Shown here: piece by piece, positions 61,706 to 64,000 of the stretch
Position numbering within the stretch: position 1 is the first letter of the stretch
How the letters are laid out: the number at the start of each line of letters is the position of its first letter
Assembly (NCBI GenBank): GCA_963832395.1
Contig: CAWHTV010000004.1
Span: forward strand, 200,999-264,998
Direction: 5' to 3'
DNA length: 64,000 nucleotides
Origin: an uncultured delta proteobacterium
Lineage (GTDB): Bacteria; Desulfobacterota; Binatia; Binatales; Binataceae
The notes under the pieces: model-generated
Database searches by the model: none
Seen by the model: only the letters and a program-made list of their open reading frames with translations
What the model was told of the DNA's origin: nothing
Position numbers and translations under genes: made by a program

Positions 61706-62578
61706 TCACACATATAACGACGCGAGGCGGCGCAGCTCCGCCTGATAATTTTCCGGGCGCAATCCCGCCTCCAGCATCATGATGACGAAGCGATGCGCCC
61801 CGGCCGCCGCGTATTGCTCGAGCCCCGCGTGCACGTCGGCGCGCTCGCCGCGCAGCTCGCGCCGCATGATCGTGATGTCCATCCGGTCGAAGTCGCTGCC
61901 GGCCGCGGCGCATTCCGCGCGCAGTTTGCCGAGCTCATCCTTGAGCTGCGGCGGCGTCAGGAAAATCGGGCACCATCCGTCGCCCCATCGCGCGACCCAG
62001 CGCAGCGCGTTTTTGTCCTTGCTGCCGATGAGGACCGGCGGGCCACCCTTGCGCGCGGGCTTGGGGTAGCATCGCACCGGCGGAAATTTGATGTAGCGGC
62101 CGTCGAACGAGGCCTCGTCTTTGGTCCACAACTCGCGCATCGCGGCCACGTACTCGCGGGTCTGGGTCCATCGATGGGCAAAGTCGGCGCCCAGGATTTC
62201 CGATTCCTCGCGGAGCCATCCCGCGCCGATGCCGAGGAGCACGCGTCCGCCCGAGAAACGGTCGAGCGTCGCCAACTCATTCGCCGTCAGCAGCGGATTG
62301 CGCTCGGGCACCAGCAGCACTCCGGTGGCGACCATCAGGCGCGTGGTGGCGGCAGCCGCCATCGCCATCGCCACGAACGGATCGCAGATGTGGTAGTAGA
62401 TTTCCGGGATGCCGCCCTCGCCGGGACGCGTCTCGGGCAGCGGCGTCGCGGTATGGACCGGCATCACCGAATGATCCGGCAGCCATAGCGACTCGAAACC
62501 GAGCGCCTCCGCGGCGCGGGCCAGGTCGGCCGGGTTGACGCTGCGCTCGTTAGGCGCGACCAGCAGTCCTATCTTCAT
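61706..62578 (-). CDS. LLM-class (luciferase-like) F420/flavin-dependent oxidoreductase
   Basis: Intact 290 aa. GFESLWLPDH and RVLLGIGAGW, typical of the LLM family. Confidence 0.75.
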   Translation of the reverse strand: MKIGLLVAPNERSVNPADLARAAEALGFESLWLPDHSVMPVHTATPLPETRPGEGGIPEIYYHICDPFVAMAMAAAATTRLMVATGVLLVPERNPLLTANELATLDRFSGGRVLLGIGAGWLREESEILGADFAHRWTQTREYVAAMRELWTKDEASFDGRYIKFPPVRCYPKPARKGGPPVLIGSKDKNALRWVARWGDGWCPIFLTPPQLKDELGKLRAECAAAGSDFDRMDITIMRRELRGERADVHAGLEQYAAAGAHRFVIMMLEAGLRPENYQAELRRLASLYV

Positions 62579-62689
62579 TGAAATCCTCGAGCGAAAAGGT
62601 CGTTGCTCAGTGCGCGGCGACCTAACCCCCGGCCCTTTCCCTTGAGGGAGGGGAAGTAAAAATAGCTGGCGCTCTTGTGGCGCGCGGAG

Positions 62690-63064
62690 CTATTTTTTTG
62701 GTGCCGTTACCTCGGTGAAGGCACGGATCGCCTCGACCGCGCTCGGCACGCCGCTATACTGCGAGAGATGGAAAATCATCTCTTTGAGTTCGGTGTGCGT
62801 AATCCCGAGATTGAGCGCGCCGCGCATGTGAACCCTGAGCTCCGCCCCGCGCCCCAGCGCGACCAGCGCCGCCATCGTGATCATCGAGCGCGTCTTGATC
62901 GGCAGCCCGGGCCGGCTCCAGATGCCGCCGAACAGTTCGTCGTTGAGAAACTTGCCGAAGTCGGGGTCGAATCCGCTTAGGAAGTCGTTGCCCGCCTTGG
63001 CGCCCTTCTCGCCCCACAACTGGGTGCGTATCGCCATCCCTTTTTCATGCTTGTCGTCAGCCAT
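62690..63064 (-). CDS. Carboxymuconolactone decarboxylase (AhpD-like) family protein
   Basis: 124 aa. FGGIWSRPGLPIKTRSMITMAALVALG and HMRGALNLGIT match the CMD family pattern. Confidence 0.75.
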   Translation of the reverse strand: MADDKHEKGMAIRTQLWGEKGAKAGNDFLSGFDPDFGKFLNDELFGGIWSRPGLPIKTRSMITMAALVALGRGAELRVHMRGALNLGITHTELKEMIFHLSQYSGVPSAVEAIRAFTEVTAPKK

Positions 63065-63140
63065 CTCATTTCTCCTTTGAATAGTAAGTGTGAAATAGTA
63101 ACTGGTAACTGTATAGTGCGCGCGGCGCAGGGCGCGCGGC

Positions 63141-64000
63141 TTACGACGAGCCGCGAACTTTGACCCCGGCGCGCTCTTCCTGGATCATGAACGAGGCCGA
63201 CGAATCCTTCTCGCCCCAGCCCTTGTTCAGCGCTTCCAGGAAATCCTGCTCGGCATGCGCCGCCAGCGGCATCGGCACGTTGAGCTCGCGCGCAAGCTCG
63301 GTGGCGAGGCCCAGGTCCTTGCGCGCCAGCTTGAGCGCGAAGGTCGCGCGGTCGAAAGTGCCGCGAAACACCATCTTGGGCAGCGCCGCATTGAGCACCA
63401 TCCCCTGCCCGTAAGCGCCGCCTTGCACCGCGCGCAGCAGCGCCTCGGGCGAGACGCCCGCCTTGACGCCCATCGTGAAGGCCTCGGCGAGCAACTGGGT
63501 CGAGCAAATCGCGATCATGTTGTGGACCAGCTTGGCGACCGAGCCGGCGCCGATGTCGCCGATGTAAGTCACCTTGTCGCCGATCGCGTCTAGCACCGGT
63601 TTGACTTCGTTGTAGTCGGCCTCGCTCCCACCGACCATCACGGCCAGCGTCGCCTTGCGCGCGCCGACCACGCCGCCGCTGACGGGCGCGTCGAGCATCC
63701 GGATGCCCCGCGCTTTGAGCCGCGCGTGGACCTGGCGCACCACCGTGGGCGAGTTGGTCGAAAGGTCGATGTAAAGGCTCCCCGGCGCCATCGCCGCGAT
63801 TAGCCCGCCCTCCCCGAGCACCACCGCCTCGACCTCCTTGGGTCCCGGCAGCGAAGTGAAGACAACCTCGGCATCTTTGGCGGTGGCGGCCAGGCTGTCG
63901 GCCCACGTGGCGCCGCCGGCCAGATGCGGCTCGGCGACCTGGCGGCGGACGTCGTTGACCGTGACCTGGTGGCCCGCCTTCATCAGGTTGAGCGCCATCG
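63141..64000 (-). CDS. NAD(P)-dependent 3-hydroxyisobutyrate/6-phosphogluconate dehydrogenase-like oxidoreductase (N-terminus outside window)
   Basis: MLDAPVSGG, YIGDIGAGSVAKLVHNM and LARKDLGLA. The ORF runs off the right edge of the window. Confidence 0.8.
   Translation of the reverse strand, partial: MALNLMKAGHQVTVNDVRRQVAEPHLAGGATWADSLAATAKDAEVVFTSLPGPKEVEAVVLGEGGLIAAMAPGSLYIDLSTNSPTVVRQVHARLKARGIRMLDAPVSGGVVGARKATLAVMVGGSEADYNEVKPVLDAIGDKVTYIGDIGAGSVAKLVHNMIAICSTQLLAEAFTMGVKAGVSPEALLRAVQGGAYGQGMVLNAALPKMVFRGTFDRATFALKLARKDLGLATELARELNVPMPLAAHAEQDFLEALNKGWGEKDSSASFMIQEERAGVKVRGSS

Noticed and set aside
62658-62697. AT-rich 10-bp stem (AAAAATAGCT / AGCTATTTTT) as a terminator after the CMD-family gene
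   Set aside because: The right arm and T-run overlap the last codons (..PKK-stop) of the gene. The 20-nt interior pairs poorly, and no free U-tract follows on the transcribed strand.

Overview
This is a 64-kb, high-GC, gene-dense bacterial chromosomal segment. I cannot assign a taxon from the sequence, and I saw no rRNA, tRNA or CRISPR array.

Gene order:
- 3' end of a DEAD-box helicase, a MetE-like methyltransferase, and an acyl-CoA dehydrogenase with an APH-type kinase.
- A xanthine-dehydrogenase-family molybdo-hydroxylase locus split into two parts. The coxM/S/L-like genes lie at 4.6-8.4 kb; a second L paralogue with MoxR/VWA maturation genes lies at 17.2-22.2 kb.
- Between those two parts: a MoaD-like gene, a zinc-ribbon/cyclase/AAA/TPR signalling protein, an MFS transporter, a MAPEG gene, and a small, visibly more AT-rich island. 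The island carries an RHH-PIN toxin-antitoxin pair and a stand-alone Abi/UG-class reverse transcriptase, preceded by a peculiar 480-bp spacer. This is my best candidate for an undescribed system.
- FecR-like protein with a CHASE2 cyclase, a tandem-EthD protein, an MscS-cNMP channel, housekeeping genes (rdgB, ddl, guaB, ftsB-like), two membrane proteins, a hybrid histidine kinase, a glyoxylate aminotransferase with glcDEF, an RRM protein, and a thiolase/DUF35 pair.
- An arsenic island of about 11 kb: acr3, an arsR-arsC fusion, gap-arsJ, a pstS-like gene, arsR, arsM, a rhodanese and an arsC remnant. Its gap gene is cleanly split by an intact IS21-family element with a 7-bp target duplication.
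- asd, a hydrolase, an LLM oxidoreductase, a CMD-family gene and a HIBADH-like gene.

Major caveat: by manual frame tracking I count more than 50 reading-frame breaks, including in guaB and ddl. Most are probably assembly indels rather than real pseudogenes. Many features are therefore given as whole-gene spans that cross several track ORFs.

Other recurring signals are a dispersed GTCATCCTGAGCG palindromic repeat family, several intrinsic terminators, and an unannotated 31-codon gene.
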